NCBI GenBank assembly: GCA_033648345.1 | Contig: GCA_033648345.1_4121.1 | Length of the DNA: 64,000 nucleotides | Source: a phage | Reading direction: 5' to 3' (one strand) | Shown here: piece by piece, positions 39,371 to 47,773 of the stretch | Position numbering within the stretch: position 1 is the stretch's first letter | Layout: each line of letters begins with the position of its first letter | The notes under the pieces: model-generated | Database searches by the model: none | Told to the model about the DNA's origin: nothing | The model's input: the letters and a program-made list of their open reading frames with translations, nothing else | Position numbers and translations under genes: made by a program

Positions 39371-39550
39371 ATGAACGAACACAAAGACTTCTATATAAGA
39401 AAACTAACATTCGTCCCCGTAAAAATATATAAAGAATGCGACCCAAGATTATACCTATGGCACTTCAATGAGTGCATAAAAGATTCTATATACCCTAAGA
39501 ACTATAAAGAACAATTGTGCTCAGTACTAACACTAGTACTATCATATTAA
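39371..39550 (+). CDS. small protein, family S member 20 (59 aa)
   Basis: Below track threshold; MNEHKDFYIRKL…. Confidence 0.5.
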   Translation: MNEHKDFYIRKLTFVPVKIYKECDPRLYLWHFNECIKDSIYPKNYKEQLCSVLTLVLSY

Positions 39551-39563
39551 TAGAGATAATACT

Positions 39564-39755
39564 ATGCATAAAGACTATAAAGAGTACTATATAAGTAAAC
39601 TCAAAGAGAATGAACAAGCATGGGTTAACAATTTAATCCCCCTGGCAATGACTCAATACGAATTTAATATGTGTACAAAGATTGTTTTAACTAGTAATGA
39701 TATCTCTAATACGTACTACTTCCTATTAAGAGTACTATATGGTACTTTGAAATAA
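39564..39755 (+). CDS. small protein, family S member 21 (63 aa)
   Basis: MHKDYKEYYISKLKENEQAW…FNMCTKIV…. Confidence 0.6.
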   Translation: MHKDYKEYYISKLKENEQAWVNNLIPLAMTQYEFNMCTKIVLTSNDISNTYYFLLRVLYGTLK

Positions 39756-39766
39756 TAAGGTATACT

Positions 39767-39973
39767 ATGCAGAACATAAAAAACTATAAAGAGTACTATA
39801 TAAGTAAACTACCACCGACTGACCAAGCATGGATTAGATCTATAATAGTACTGGCATTTAATAGATATGCATTTAACAGATGTACCGAGATTGCTATAGA
39901 CCCTTATAATATTAAAGAGAATGTACAGCATAATCAGTACTACTATATGTTAATGCTTATATATAGGAAGTAA
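39767..39973 (+). CDS. small protein, family S member 22 (68 aa)
   Basis: MQNIKNYKEYYISKLPPTDQAW…FNRCTEIA…MLMLIYRK. Confidence 0.6.
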   Translation: MQNIKNYKEYYISKLPPTDQAWIRSIIVLAFNRYAFNRCTEIAIDPYNIKENVQHNQYYYMLMLIYRK

Positions 39974-40022
39974 TTCAACATATAGACAGGGGAAGCTCCG
40001 CAGGGAAAGCATTGGACAGGCT

Positions 40023-40045
40023 TTAACATATGTTATATATGTTAA
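40023..40045 (+). other. perfect 9-bp inverted repeat hairpin TTAACATAT-GTTAT-ATATGTTAA at the end of the small-protein array
   Basis: Palindrome read directly; possible terminator or binding site. Confidence 0.4.
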
Positions 40046-40127
40046 AATTCAGCCTGCTCGACGTCTGAATTGTTAAAATTCAGCCTGGACAAATGCGATC
40101 ACTAGGATTCTCCCCAGGCTAAACCCC

Positions 40128-40420
40128 GTAATCATATGTAGTCATAAGTAATCATATATAAACATTTATGTAATCATTTATAATCATTGTAGTGATTAGT
40201 ATTGAGTACTAGAGTGTAATAGAGTGTAATAGAGTACAGGAATGTGCACGTTTAATCAAGAACGTAGCAGTACTGCCCCAAAAGTATTCAGTACTGAAGG
40301 TGTCGATATCCCACTAAGTAGGCAGAGGAAGTCTGCCGTACTTTTTAGTTTCCAAGCTCCTTTTCCATTTTGCAAATTACATCAAATGTAATCAAAAGTA
40401 ATCACGCAATGATTAGTACT
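40128..40420. repeat. iteron-like cluster: GTAATCA x5 direct plus inverted TGATTAC-like copies; AGTGTAATAGAGT x2
   Basis: GTAATCA at 40128, 40148, 40170, 40388, 40399; GTGTAATAGAGT tandem at 40213-40235. Confidence 0.55.
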
Positions 40421-40892
40421 GAATTATTACTTTCACCTTAATTTCAATTACCCCTTTACCCTTCGGGGTAAAATTCCATTACCCCTTGAGGCTCCAGCAA
40501 AAAGTTGGTTAGTACTCCATCCTAAATCTCGATCCTAAAAATTTTGGAGTACCTATGAAATAAAAGTTGGATCTTCGAAAGTTGAAATTTACGTTGGGAC
40601 GTTTGTGATTTGTGGGATATAATGATGTTTGTAGTCGGGTAGTTCTCAAGAATATCAGTACTGAATGGTGAAAGAAAGTTATTGACATTATGATTCAGTA
40701 CTGTATAATGTTTTACATAGAGAGATGAGTTGCCGCAAACAATTCATTCACTCTACTTCCTGTCGTGAGACAGTACAGAAAGATAGTTCCTCCTATGGGT
40801 GGTACATCTTTTAGAACCTCTTTTTTCGTAATATGAACAGTACTGATATTAACAGAATGGTGTCAATACTGATTTTAATCTAAAGCATTATG

Positions 40893-40912
40893 CCACCAGC
40901 TTGTGCTGGTGG
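40893..40912. repeat. inverted Chi pair forming a hairpin (CCACCAGC-TTGT-GCTGGTGG)
   Basis: GCTGGTGG at 40905-40912 and its reverse complement at 40893-40900. Confidence 0.6.
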
Positions 40913-41097
40913 ATTCCCTCTAACAGTATTCAGTACTACATGATAGTCTTCATCCTCCTAGGGTAACATAGTGAGGGCTATGATGGCAGTACTGAATACT
41001 CCTTTCACAAGATAGATCTATGGTATAGTACTGACGTATTTTGGGCGTAGTTACCCTGGATGGATTTTGGACGTAGATATGTCTAGCCCTCCAGAAG

Positions 41098-41239
41098 TCT
41101 GGAAGTAAATATGGCTATCCATCTAGACGGCTAAACGGCTAGATTTCTGGATGGCTGGGTGGCTGGGTGGCTGGGTGGCTAGACGTTTGGACGGCTAAAC
41201 GGCTAGATGGTTACACGTCTGGAAGTATAGACGGCTAAA
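41098..41239. repeat. nested direct repeats: GGCTGGGT x3 tandem (41153-41176), GACGGCTAAACGGCTAGA x2, TCTGGAAGTA x2
   Basis: Repeats read directly; no ORF with SD covers them. Confidence 0.6.
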
Positions 41240-41402
41240 TCAAAATTTTATTTTGTTTTTTCCAATAGTTCCCCTACCGCGTGGGGATAGTTTCCCCGCA
41301 GTATCTGGAGTTAGATTTTTCTGAATCTGGAATCATTATCTTATAAACTGGGGGCAATGTCAACAGCCTGGACGGATATTTTTAAAAATTTTTTCAGTAC
41401 TG

Positions 41403-41460
41403 AATTTTGGGCGTAACTATGCACCCGGTGGGCTTGAGTCTTTCTCGACTTGATGGAACT
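41403..41460 (-). ncRNA. candidate small RNA/leader with conserved CCCACCGGGTGCAT core (element family E)
   Basis: Minus-strand TATAAT-like box at 41461-41466 followed by …CATCAAGTCGAGAAAG…AGCCCACCGGGTGCATAG…. Confidence 0.3.
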
Positions 41461-41621
41461 ATTATACAGTACTGGAAAAATAAAGCAATACCCTGGAAGC
41501 AAAAAAGTTTTAATTAATTTGCTTGCTATCCTGGGCCGGACTATGGTACTATATTTCAGTACTGAGAAAGTGCGTTTACCTGCTAGGGTGCGGGAGTGTA
41601 TCCTTTTTTTATATCTTGAAT

Positions 41622-41675
41622 TTTGGGCGTAATTCCGCACCCTCTGGGGTTTCCGCTTTCTCGCGTCTATGTAGT
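41622..41675 (-). ncRNA. candidate small RNA/leader, divergent element E copy
   Basis: Minus strand: TATAAT then CTACATAGACGCGAGAAAGCGGAAACCCCAGAGGGTGCGGAATTACGCCCAAAAT. Confidence 0.25.
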
Positions 41676-41998
41676 AATTATACGCTTTTTCAGGATCAAG
41701 TCAATACCTAAAAACAAAATAATTGAAAATAATTTAACGCGTTTAAACGGCCAGTAAAGCCCTGGAATGATTGGAATGGTGCAAATGTATAGCTTAGGTG
41801 TATTAATGCGTTAGAATGCGTCTGAGGCCGTTTTATGGGGTATAGGGATGATTTGGTGGATTGATTCAGTACTGAATAATAGTACTACTATATAGAAAGA
41901 TAGTTCCCCTGGATGGTTGCAGTACTGAATGATAGTACTGAATAATAGTTCCCCTATATAGAAAGAAAACTATTTTAAAAAGTATTTGTAGAAAGTAC

Positions 41999-42058
41999 TT
42001 GCAAACTAAGTTTAACGGCGTATAATGTTTTACATCGAGAGCGGGAACACTTCCCGCT
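41999..42058 (+). promoter_or_regulatory. early-type promoter (TTGCAA…TATAAT) with 5' stem-loop
   Basis: AGTACTTGCAAACTAAGTTTAACGGCGTATAATGTTTTACATC then GCGGGAACACTTCCCGC hairpin before SD. Confidence 0.6.
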
Positions 42059-42081
42059 ACATATTACGAGAGATTAAAACG

Positions 42082-42444
42082 ATGGCGACTCAAATCACTA
42101 AAATTATTGCTAACCTGGTTAACTTCCGCGACGAGATGAAAGGTCTTCCGGCTGAAACGGTAAAAATTCACATCGCAGCTTATCGGGAACTTATTGCAAT
42201 GTTGCCGCTTAAGCGTGAACAATACGCCGCGACCGTGATGCTTGATGCGATGATCCATAAGATGATCGCCAGTGATTTGACGATGGCGTATCAGTATATG
42301 GGTGAATTGTTCGCGGTGTATAGTAAACCAGTACCAGGAATGGAAAGTACAGAAGTATTACACGGTTTAAATTTAAAACAAGATGCATGGGATAATATGC
42401 CTCGTTTCCTGGTATGGGCTGACAGTGGCAAGATTTACGAATAA
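42082..42444 (+). CDS. hypothetical protein (120 aa)
   Basis: ATG after promoter hairpin and GAGAG SD; track start 42025 lies inside the promoter. Confidence 0.6.
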   Translation: MATQITKIIANLVNFRDEMKGLPAETVKIHIAAYRELIAMLPLKREQYAATVMLDAMIHKMIASDLTMAYQYMGELFAVYSKPVPGMESTEVLHGLNLKQDAWDNMPRFLVWADSGKIYE

Positions 42445-42458
42445 GTTTTAGAAAGTAC

Positions 42459-42516
42459 TTGCAAACTAAGTTTAAAAGCGTATAATGTTTTACATCAGGT
42501 GGGGAATAGTTCCCCA
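42459..42516 (+). promoter_or_regulatory. early-type promoter with 5' stem-loop
   Basis: Same consensus; hairpin GGGGAATAGTTCCCC. Confidence 0.6.
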
Positions 42517-42536
42517 CTATATAAGAGGATTAAAAA

Positions 42537-42776
42537 ATGGCTAAATCAAAAATGTTCTTAGGTCACAAAAACAAAACTCATTGGAATGTAAGCCTTTGGA
42601 TTAATAACGATGAGTCATTGTACCGGTTGGCCCTGGACTTTATTGCCGCCAATACTAATCGCAATGATGCGGCCCGTCATATGATGTTATTTTTAGAACA
42701 GACTGGACAAGATAAAACACCGGACGGATTCAAATATAGCACTACTGCGATCCGTGCGGCGATGGTTGGAATGTAA
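42537..42776 (+). CDS. hypothetical protein (79 aa), paralogue of 44576-44815
   Basis: AGAGGA SD; shares …GHKNKT[HQ]WNVSLWINN…TPDGFKYSTTAIRAAMVGM with 44576. Confidence 0.65.
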   Translation: MAKSKMFLGHKNKTHWNVSLWINNDESLYRLALDFIAANTNRNDAARHMMLFLEQTGQDKTPDGFKYSTTAIRAAMVGM

Positions 42777-42861
42777 TAGAATTTATTTAAAGTACTATCG
42801 CAAAAAATGATAGTACTTTATAATAGTGTTTTATTCATACACCAACGATAAGGGCAACAGC

Positions 42862-43128
42862 ATGAATATTAAGTATTTTGCGACGCGTGAACAAGCTCGG
42901 ATCGCCGCACGCCAGGACGGGGCAACGTTTAAAGATATGGGCGTACAATCGGAACGTGGTAAACGTTGGGCCATTATAAAGCGTAGTACCGCCAGATCAT
43001 TACAGTACTGGTTAGCGGCGTTAAAAAGTCCCGATAGTGTATCGCGTCGAGTGGTAGAAATAAAGCTCGACCGAAAGGGCAACCGCGTGACCGTGTACCG
43101 TACTAAAAAGATTGCAGTACTTGAATAA
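42862..43128 (+). CDS. hypothetical protein (88 aa), paralogue of 55885-56280
   Basis: AAGGG SD; shares FATREQARI…FKDMG…KRWA…DRKGNRVTVY with 55885. Confidence 0.6.
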   Translation: MNIKYFATREQARIAARQDGATFKDMGVQSERGKRWAIIKRSTARSLQYWLAALKSPDSVSRRVVEIKLDRKGNRVTVYRTKKIAVLE

Positions 43129-43135
43129 AAAGTAC

Positions 43136-43195
43136 TTGCAAACTATGTTTAATGGCGTATAATGTTTTACATCGAGAGCGGGAACACTTCCCGCC
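43136..43195 (+). promoter_or_regulatory. early-type promoter with 5' stem-loop
   Basis: TTGCAA 43136-43141, TATAAT, GCGGGAACACTTCCCGCC hairpin. Confidence 0.6.
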
Positions 43196-43215
43196 TATAA
43201 CCTGGAGTAATAAAA

Positions 43216-43446
43216 ATGACTAATATGTATATGACTGAAGTTAAAACCGTAAAAGATACTACCACGAATAAAACTACTTACTTACAGCGGATCTGCGGTG
43301 TATGGCAACGTATCAGCAAATCAAAGTACTTTAAATTAACATCATATGCAAACCGTTCGGATTCATTCAGTACTGAAATAAAAGGTAATAAAGTACACCA
43401 ATACGGCACTTATTATTATTATAGCCTGGACGCGATTGCAGTATAA
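43216..43446 (+). CDS. hypothetical protein (76 aa)
   Basis: GGAG SD. Confidence 0.6.
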   Translation: MTNMYMTEVKTVKDTTTNKTTYLQRICGVWQRISKSKYFKLTSYANRSDSFSTEIKGNKVHQYGTYYYYSLDAIAV

Positions 43447-43476
43447 GCAGTTTACAAATCTTTACAATTGCCGGTA

Positions 43477-43505
43477 TTGACTTATTTTGTCAGTACTGGC
43501 ATAAT
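43477..43505 (+). promoter_or_regulatory. sigma70-type promoter driving element E copy
   Basis: TTGACT 43477-43482, spacer with AGTACTG, CATAAT 43500-43505. Confidence 0.5.
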
Positions 43506-43509
43506 GTAT

Positions 43510-43557
43510 TCATTGGCAGATAAGCCGTAGCCCATAGGGTGCGGGAGTGTATCTATA
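43510..43557 (+). ncRNA. candidate small RNA/leader (element E)
   Basis: …AGCCCATAGGGTGCGGGAGTGTATCTATAG immediately downstream of a promoter; no ORF. Confidence 0.3.
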
Positions 43558-43577
43558 GAAAAAGTAGTTTATTACAG

Positions 43578-43620
43578 TTACAATTGTGCACCCGGTGGGT
43601 TAGCTGTTGTCATGGGGTAT
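43578..43620 (-). ncRNA. candidate small RNA/leader (element E, opposite strand)
   Basis: Minus strand: CATAAT (43621-43626) then …CATGACAACAGCTAACCCACCGGGTGCACAATTG; convergent with 43510 copy. Confidence 0.3.
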
Positions 43621-43649
43621 ATTATGCCAGTACTTGATAATGCTGTCAA
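43621..43649 (-). promoter_or_regulatory. minus-strand sigma70-type promoter
   Basis: Reverse complement reads TTGACA-17-CATAAT. Confidence 0.5.
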
Positions 43650-43695
43650 TACTTTTTTTTACTATTCAGTACTGAAAACTATTTTTAAAAAGTAC

Positions 43696-43723
43696 TTGCA
43701 AACTATGTTTAAAGGCGTATAAT
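43696..43723 (+). promoter_or_regulatory. early-type promoter (upstream member of a tandem pair)
   Basis: TTGCAA 43696-43701, TATAAT 43718-43723. Confidence 0.55.
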
Positions 43724-43730
43724 GTTTTAC

Positions 43731-43810
43731 ATCAGGACGGGGAACGAAATAAGTAACTCCCCGTTAAGTAGCCCAGGAGTAAGGCACACGAAAAACTCCC
43801 CTGATAAAAT
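43731..43810 (+). ncRNA. conserved non-coding leader between tandem promoters (element L)
   Basis: ATCAGGACGGGGAACGAAATAAGTAACTCCCCGTTAAGTAGCCCAGGAGTAAGG…ACGAAAAACTCCCC; no start codon; repeated at 54691 and 46677. Confidence 0.35.
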
Positions 43811-43813
43811 AGT

Positions 43814-43841
43814 TTGACAAATGTTTTTAAAAGCGTATAAT
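43814..43841 (+). promoter_or_regulatory. sigma70-type promoter (downstream member of tandem pair)
   Basis: TTGACA 43814-43819, TATAAT 43836-43841. Confidence 0.55.
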
Positions 43842-43873
43842 ACTTACATCAACTACTGAATGAGGGTTACAAA

Positions 43874-44485
43874 ATGAAAACTATCACTACTACTACTTTC
43901 GTTATGGATTTTTCTGAATTGAACGCAGAACAAAAAACGTCAGCTATCGAACTGGTTCGGGAACGTGAAAAAAACTCAAACGACAATTATTTTTCTGAAA
44001 GTGAAATTGAATACTATAAAGAAACAGTACTACCGGAATATGGCATTAATGACGCTGAAATACAATTCAGTGGTTTTTGGTCCCAGGGTGACGGTGCATC
44101 AATCAGTACTGACCACGTTGACGGTGTGAAGTTTTTACGCAAGGTAAGAGCATTAACTAAGTATCGCTCAATCCGTCACTTGCTGAATGAAGATGATTTG
44201 GCGATGAGTGTAAAGCGTTCTCATTCTTTGTACTTGCATGAGAATACTGTAAGCGGGTACATTGAATCGGCTTACACTGATTTAACCGCAAAACAAGAAA
44301 CGTTAGTTAATGAGCTTGAGGAACTACTCACTGAAACTATTCGTGAATTATCCCGCAAGTTGTACCGTGATTTAGAGAATGCATATGAGGATCAATTCAC
44401 TACTGAAAACATCGTATCACTGATTGAGGGTAACGAATATCAATTCAATGTTATTGATGGCGTAGTAGAATCAATCGAATATTAA
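43874..44485 (+). CDS. hypothetical protein (203 aa)
   Basis: GAGGG SD. Confidence 0.65.
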   Translation: MKTITTTTFVMDFSELNAEQKTSAIELVREREKNSNDNYFSESEIEYYKETVLPEYGINDAEIQFSGFWSQGDGASISTDHVDGVKFLRKVRALTKYRSIRHLLNEDDLAMSVKRSHSLYLHENTVSGYIESAYTDLTAKQETLVNELEELLTETIRELSRKLYRDLENAYEDQFTTENIVSLIEGNEYQFNVIDGVVESIEY

Positions 44486-44575
44486 TTCAAAAAGTACTTG
44501 CAAACTAAGTTTAAAAGCGTATAATACTTTATATCGAGGCGGGGAGTGGTTCCCCGCTCAAACGAGGATTTAAAA

Positions 44576-44815
44576 ATGGCTAGTACTAAAACTTATAACG
44601 GACACAAAAACAAAACTCAATGGAATGTAAGCCTTTGGATTAATAACGGTGAGTCATTGTATCGGCTTGCACAAAGTTGTATCGCACAAAGTAGAACTAA
44701 AGATATTGCAGCGGAATGCATGTACCGCAGATTAAAAGCCAACGGTACTACTACAACGCCGGACGGCTTTAAGTATAGCACTACTGCGATCCGTGCTGCA
44801 ATGGTTGGAATGTAA
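44576..44815 (+). CDS. hypothetical protein (79 aa), paralogue of 42537-42776
   Basis: Promoter + GGCGGGGAGTGGTTCCCCGC hairpin + GAGGA SD then ATG 44576. Confidence 0.65.
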   Translation: MASTKTYNGHKNKTQWNVSLWINNGESLYRLAQSCIAQSRTKDIAAECMYRRLKANGTTTTPDGFKYSTTAIRAAMVGM

Positions 44816-44873
44816 TATTCAGTACTGTAACAATGGCGGGGAATGGTTCCCGCCTTTATTGAGGGTTTATCTA

Positions 44874-45134
44874 ATGAGTAAAGTAATTAACTATACAGTA
44901 CTAAGCAAGTCATTGTCTATCAGTGAATGCACCGATGGTTTTTGGCTTTATGATGAAACGCGTGGAATGAATTTAGCTATGCGTGTAAAAACTGCTGAGG
45001 CGGCGTATCTTGAGGCACTGGAATACTACCAGGAACGTTTAACGGAAGTAGAAGAAGATTATAAAAGCCTCAAAGCGAAAGTAGATCATTTCGTCGGTCA
45101 ATTCATCGAGGAAGACGACGATAAACAATACTGA
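44874..45134 (+). CDS. hypothetical protein (86 aa)
   Basis: Intercistronic hairpin GGCGGGGAATGGTTCCCGCC, GAGGG SD, ATG 44874. Confidence 0.55.
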   Translation: MSKVINYTVLSKSLSISECTDGFWLYDETRGMNLAMRVKTAEAAYLEALEYYQERLTEVEEDYKSLKAKVDHFVGQFIEEDDDKQY

Positions 45135-45222
45135 AAAAAAGTACTTGCAATTAGTTTTCAGTACTGTATAATAGTTTACATCAAGTGGAGAAATGGTTCT
45201 CCCTGGTAATGAGGAAAATAAA

Positions 45223-45444
45223 ATGGCTAATATCACTACTCTTTCCCAACTGGAAGCACTGGTTAAATCTATGCGGGAACATGCCGACAAAATCGGCGTA
45301 CAAGATCCAGCCGTTTGCTTCTGCGACGAATTGAATGATGATACCCTTGTAATAGCAGAAGTCCAGGACGTTTCTAACTATTCCTCGCGTTACACTGGCG
45401 GCGTAGCAAATAAAGGCGACTTCTGTTTATACCTTACAAAATAA
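45223..45444 (+). CDS. hypothetical protein (73 aa)
   Basis: Promoter TTGCAA 45145/TATAAT 45167, hairpin, GAGGA SD. Confidence 0.6.
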   Translation: MANITTLSQLEALVKSMREHADKIGVQDPAVCFCDELNDDTLVIAEVQDVSNYSSRYTGGVANKGDFCLYLTK

Positions 45445-45449
45445 CAACG

Positions 45450-45479
45450 CGGGGAGATAATAACTCCCCGTTACTTTTT
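45450..45479. terminator. rho-independent terminator
   Basis: CGGGGAGATAATAACTCCCCG hairpin + TTACTTTTTC. Confidence 0.6.
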
Positions 45480-45502
45480 CAGTACTGAATCATTTAATAG
45501 AC

Positions 45503-45550
45503 GGATCTATGCACCCGGTGGGTTAGTGACTGTTTCGTCTTGATGTAGTA
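45503..45550 (-). ncRNA. candidate small RNA/leader (element E, opposite strand)
   Basis: Minus strand: CATAAT (45551-45556) then TACTACATCAAGACGAAACAGTCACTAACCCACCGGGTGCATAGATCC. Confidence 0.3.
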
Positions 45551-45579
45551 ATTATGCCAGTACTGGATGCAGTTGTCAA
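45551..45579 (-). promoter_or_regulatory. minus-strand sigma70-type promoter
   Basis: Reverse complement reads TTGACA-17-CATAAT. Confidence 0.5.
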
Positions 45580-45687
45580 CAACTATTTTTCAAATACTTT
45601 TTATTAAAATACTTGCAATTAGTTTTTAAACGCGTATAATGTTTTGCATAGGGGGAGCGGTTCCCCTGGTAACTAAGGAATAATAAA

Positions 45688-45924
45688 ATGCTTGAACAAA
45701 TCAAATCAACGTCTGCGAATGTAACGGGAACGGTAGCACACTTTACTAGTGATGAATCGCGGGGCGTTCCCTATTGTGCTGTACATGTAAACACTGATGG
45801 CAACTACTGGTTTACGGTTTACGGATCATATTCATTTGGACGGCCTGGGCATCAAAAAATTCTGGATAAAGTACAACCAACGGGTAAAAATATCACTGCC
45901 GAAATGTTTTATAAAAAATCATAA
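45688..45924 (+). CDS. hypothetical protein (78 aa)
   Basis: Promoter TTGCAA 45613/TATAAT 45635, hairpin GGGGGAGCGGTTCCCC, AAGGAA SD. Confidence 0.6.
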   Translation: MLEQIKSTSANVTGTVAHFTSDESRGVPYCAVHVNTDGNYWFTVYGSYSFGRPGHQKILDKVQPTGKNITAEMFYKKS

Positions 45925-46008
45925 AGTACTTGATAATAGTTTTTAGTACTGTATAATATTTTACATCGCAAGGGGGAGCGGTTCCCCCTAGTAACTAAGG
46001 ATAATCAA

Positions 46009-46308
46009 ATGAAAATTGCAATCATCGCCCTGGCTTTATCTGTTTCCTCTTTCGCTGTTAATGCGTCATTAGATGTAAGTAGTGAAAAATTCATTCAGTG
46101 CACTGTTGCAATGACCGATGAAAGAACTGGCGAGATTGTATTAAAGGATTTAGAGATCCAGCCGGAAGCATTTAAAAACGGCCCGTTCCATGAAGAAGAC
46201 GAAAACGGTAGCACAACAATTTATTATGATGCCAGTACTAAACGCGGTTCGGTCACTGTAATGGATACTGAGAAAGTAACTCATACTGGCGTTATTAATT
46301 GCCGTTGA
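46009..46308 (+). CDS. secreted protein (99 aa), signal peptide
   Basis: MKIAIIALALSVSSFAVNA leader; own promoter and hairpin. Confidence 0.65.
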   Translation: MKIAIIALALSVSSFAVNASLDVSSEKFIQCTVAMTDERTGEIVLKDLEIQPEAFKNGPFHEEDENGSTTIYYDASTKRGSVTVMDTEKVTHTGVINCR

Positions 46309-46329
46309 TAGATACTACGGGGTAACATC

Positions 46330-46560
46330 ATGACTAAGCGAATTGTTTTACTTAACGAAAGCAGTACTACACAACTACTTAACGCCGTGCATTATGATAT
46401 TGAAACGAGCGTTAATCTTATCAGTACTGTAGTACTGTTGGACACTGGAAAGGTCGCCAATGATAAAGCGATTGCAGGTATATTAACGGATCTTGAGCCT
46501 GGTAGCAGTGCACCAATAACGTTAAATGGTAAAGTGTTTAATATTTTACTCACTGATTAA
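46330..46560 (+). CDS. hypothetical protein (76 aa)
   Basis: ORF followed by strong terminator. Confidence 0.55.
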   Translation: MTKRIVLLNESSTTQLLNAVHYDIETSVNLISTVVLLDTGKVANDKAIAGILTDLEPGSSAPITLNGKVFNILLTD

Positions 46561-46566
46561 GTACAT

Positions 46567-46592
46567 AGCCCACCTGGTGGGCTTTTTTGTTT
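46567..46592 (+). terminator. rho-independent terminator
   Basis: AGCCCACC-T-GGTGGGCT hairpin + TTTTTTGTTTTT. Confidence 0.7.
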
Positions 46593-46676
46593 TTGTAGTA
46601 TCGTAGTACTGAGATACTTTGAAAATAGTTTTAAAAAAGTAGTTGACATTACCGCAGAAAAGCGTAGAATGTATTA

Positions 46677-46750
46677 CATCAAGACGGGGAGCACTAAGTA
46701 GACCGCCAGTAAGTCGAACGAAAAACTGGACACGTCGAGAAAACTTTGAT
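46677..46750 (+). ncRNA. conserved non-coding leader (element L, divergent copy)
   Basis: TTGACA 46643/TAGAAT 46665 then ATCAAGACGGGGAGCACTAAGTAGACCGCCAGTAAG…ACGAAAAACTGG. Confidence 0.3.
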
Positions 46751-46793
46751 ACACTAATAAACGTAAACTAAACTTTAATTGAGGATTTATAAA

Positions 46794-47276
46794 ATGGCTA
46801 ATGTAAAATCATTCATCAAAGCACTGGTAGCAAATGAAACTAACGTCGCGGCAGAGATCCTGGCTGAACTGGATAACGATACCATGAAAGCGGTACGCAA
46901 TAATTTTAACATCGCGTACAGTACTGCGAAAGAACTACAAGCAAATAAAGCAGCAGAGATCGAGGCAGCAAAGGCGGCCCGTGAAGCAGAACTACAAGCA
47001 ACAATTGAAAGTATTCAGGCGGCAGTAGTTGGATTGGATCTGGAAGTAGTTACAGAGATGGCACAAAAAGCCCTGGCGAAAAAGTACGGGGAAGACAAGC
47101 CAGAAGTAAAAGCCAAAAAATGGATTCAAGAACGTGTAGCGGTAGTACTTGATAATGGGGAAGAATATCTGATTCCGGTGCGTGGTAACTGCATTGCTGT
47201 AGTACTGGATGCGATTAACTCCAGCGGTATGACTCGCGAGGAATGGATCGAAGCTCATCGCAAAGTGGAAGCATAA
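46794..47276 (+). CDS. hypothetical protein (160 aa)
   Basis: GAGGA SD then ATG 46794. Confidence 0.65.
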   Translation: MANVKSFIKALVANETNVAAEILAELDNDTMKAVRNNFNIAYSTAKELQANKAAEIEAAKAAREAELQATIESIQAAVVGLDLEVVTEMAQKALAKKYGEDKPEVKAKKWIQERVAVVLDNGEEYLIPVRGNCIAVVLDAINSSGMTREEWIEAHRKVEA

Positions 47277-47297
47277 CAATTAAAGTACTGAATCACT

Positions 47298-47326
47298 AGC
47301 CCACTGTATAAGTGGGCTTTTTTGTG
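47298..47326 (+). terminator. rho-independent terminator
   Basis: AGCCCACT-GTATA-AGTGGGCT hairpin + TTTTTTG. Confidence 0.7.
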
Positions 47327-47342
47327 TTTATCGTTTACCAGG

Positions 47343-47412
47343 CCACCAGCACCGCCTAGAATCGATTCTAACGCATTAAACTGATTATCTGATGCATCGC
47401 CCTAGCTGGTGG
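47343..47412. repeat. inverted Chi pair (CCACCAGC … GCTGGTGG) flanking a TAGAATCGATTCTA palindrome
   Basis: Reverse-complement Chi at 47343-47350, Chi at 47405-47412; 14-bp perfect palindrome between them. Confidence 0.55.
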
Positions 47413-47550
47413 AGTTAAGGCCGTTAGAATGCGATTTAGAGCGTTTAAAGTATTTTGCAAAAAGTAATAAAAAGTACTTGCACGATTCAGAGATTAGCGT
47501 ATAATGTTTTACATCAAGGCGAAACACCTTAACTAACTGAGGATATAAAG

Positions 47551-47703
47551 ATGAATACTTATGAACTGGATTGTTTCACTATGCAAGTAATGTTAGTATG
47601 CAGTAAAAAAGAATGGTCATCAAAGGAATTTAAAGCAGTTATTGCGTGTGCAAAACACGGCAAGACTATCAATGAAACGGCATCAATCATTGATAAACTT
47701 TAA
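47551..47703 (+). CDS. hypothetical small protein (50 aa)
   Basis: Below track threshold; promoter (TATAAT 47500) + GAGGA SD then ATG. Confidence 0.5.
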   Translation: MNTYELDCFTMQVMLVCSKKEWSSKEFKAVIACAKHGKTINETASIIDKL

Positions 47704-47773
47704 AAAATAGTTTGACAATAGTTTTAAGTACTGACATAATACATACATCAACTACTGAATAGGAATCAAAACA

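Noticed and set aside
41341-41711. ORFs 41341-41640 (-), 41450-41632 (+) and 41523-41711 (+) in the non-coding hub
   Set aside because: They overlap repeats and the promoter-proximal conserved elements, lack SD sites and have low-complexity translations; treated as non-coding.
39974-42024. tRNA or other canonical RNA genes in the long non-coding region
   Set aside because: No T-loop GTTCRANYC signature or cloverleaf-compatible stems were seen by eye; a proper covariance-model scan would be needed to exclude them.
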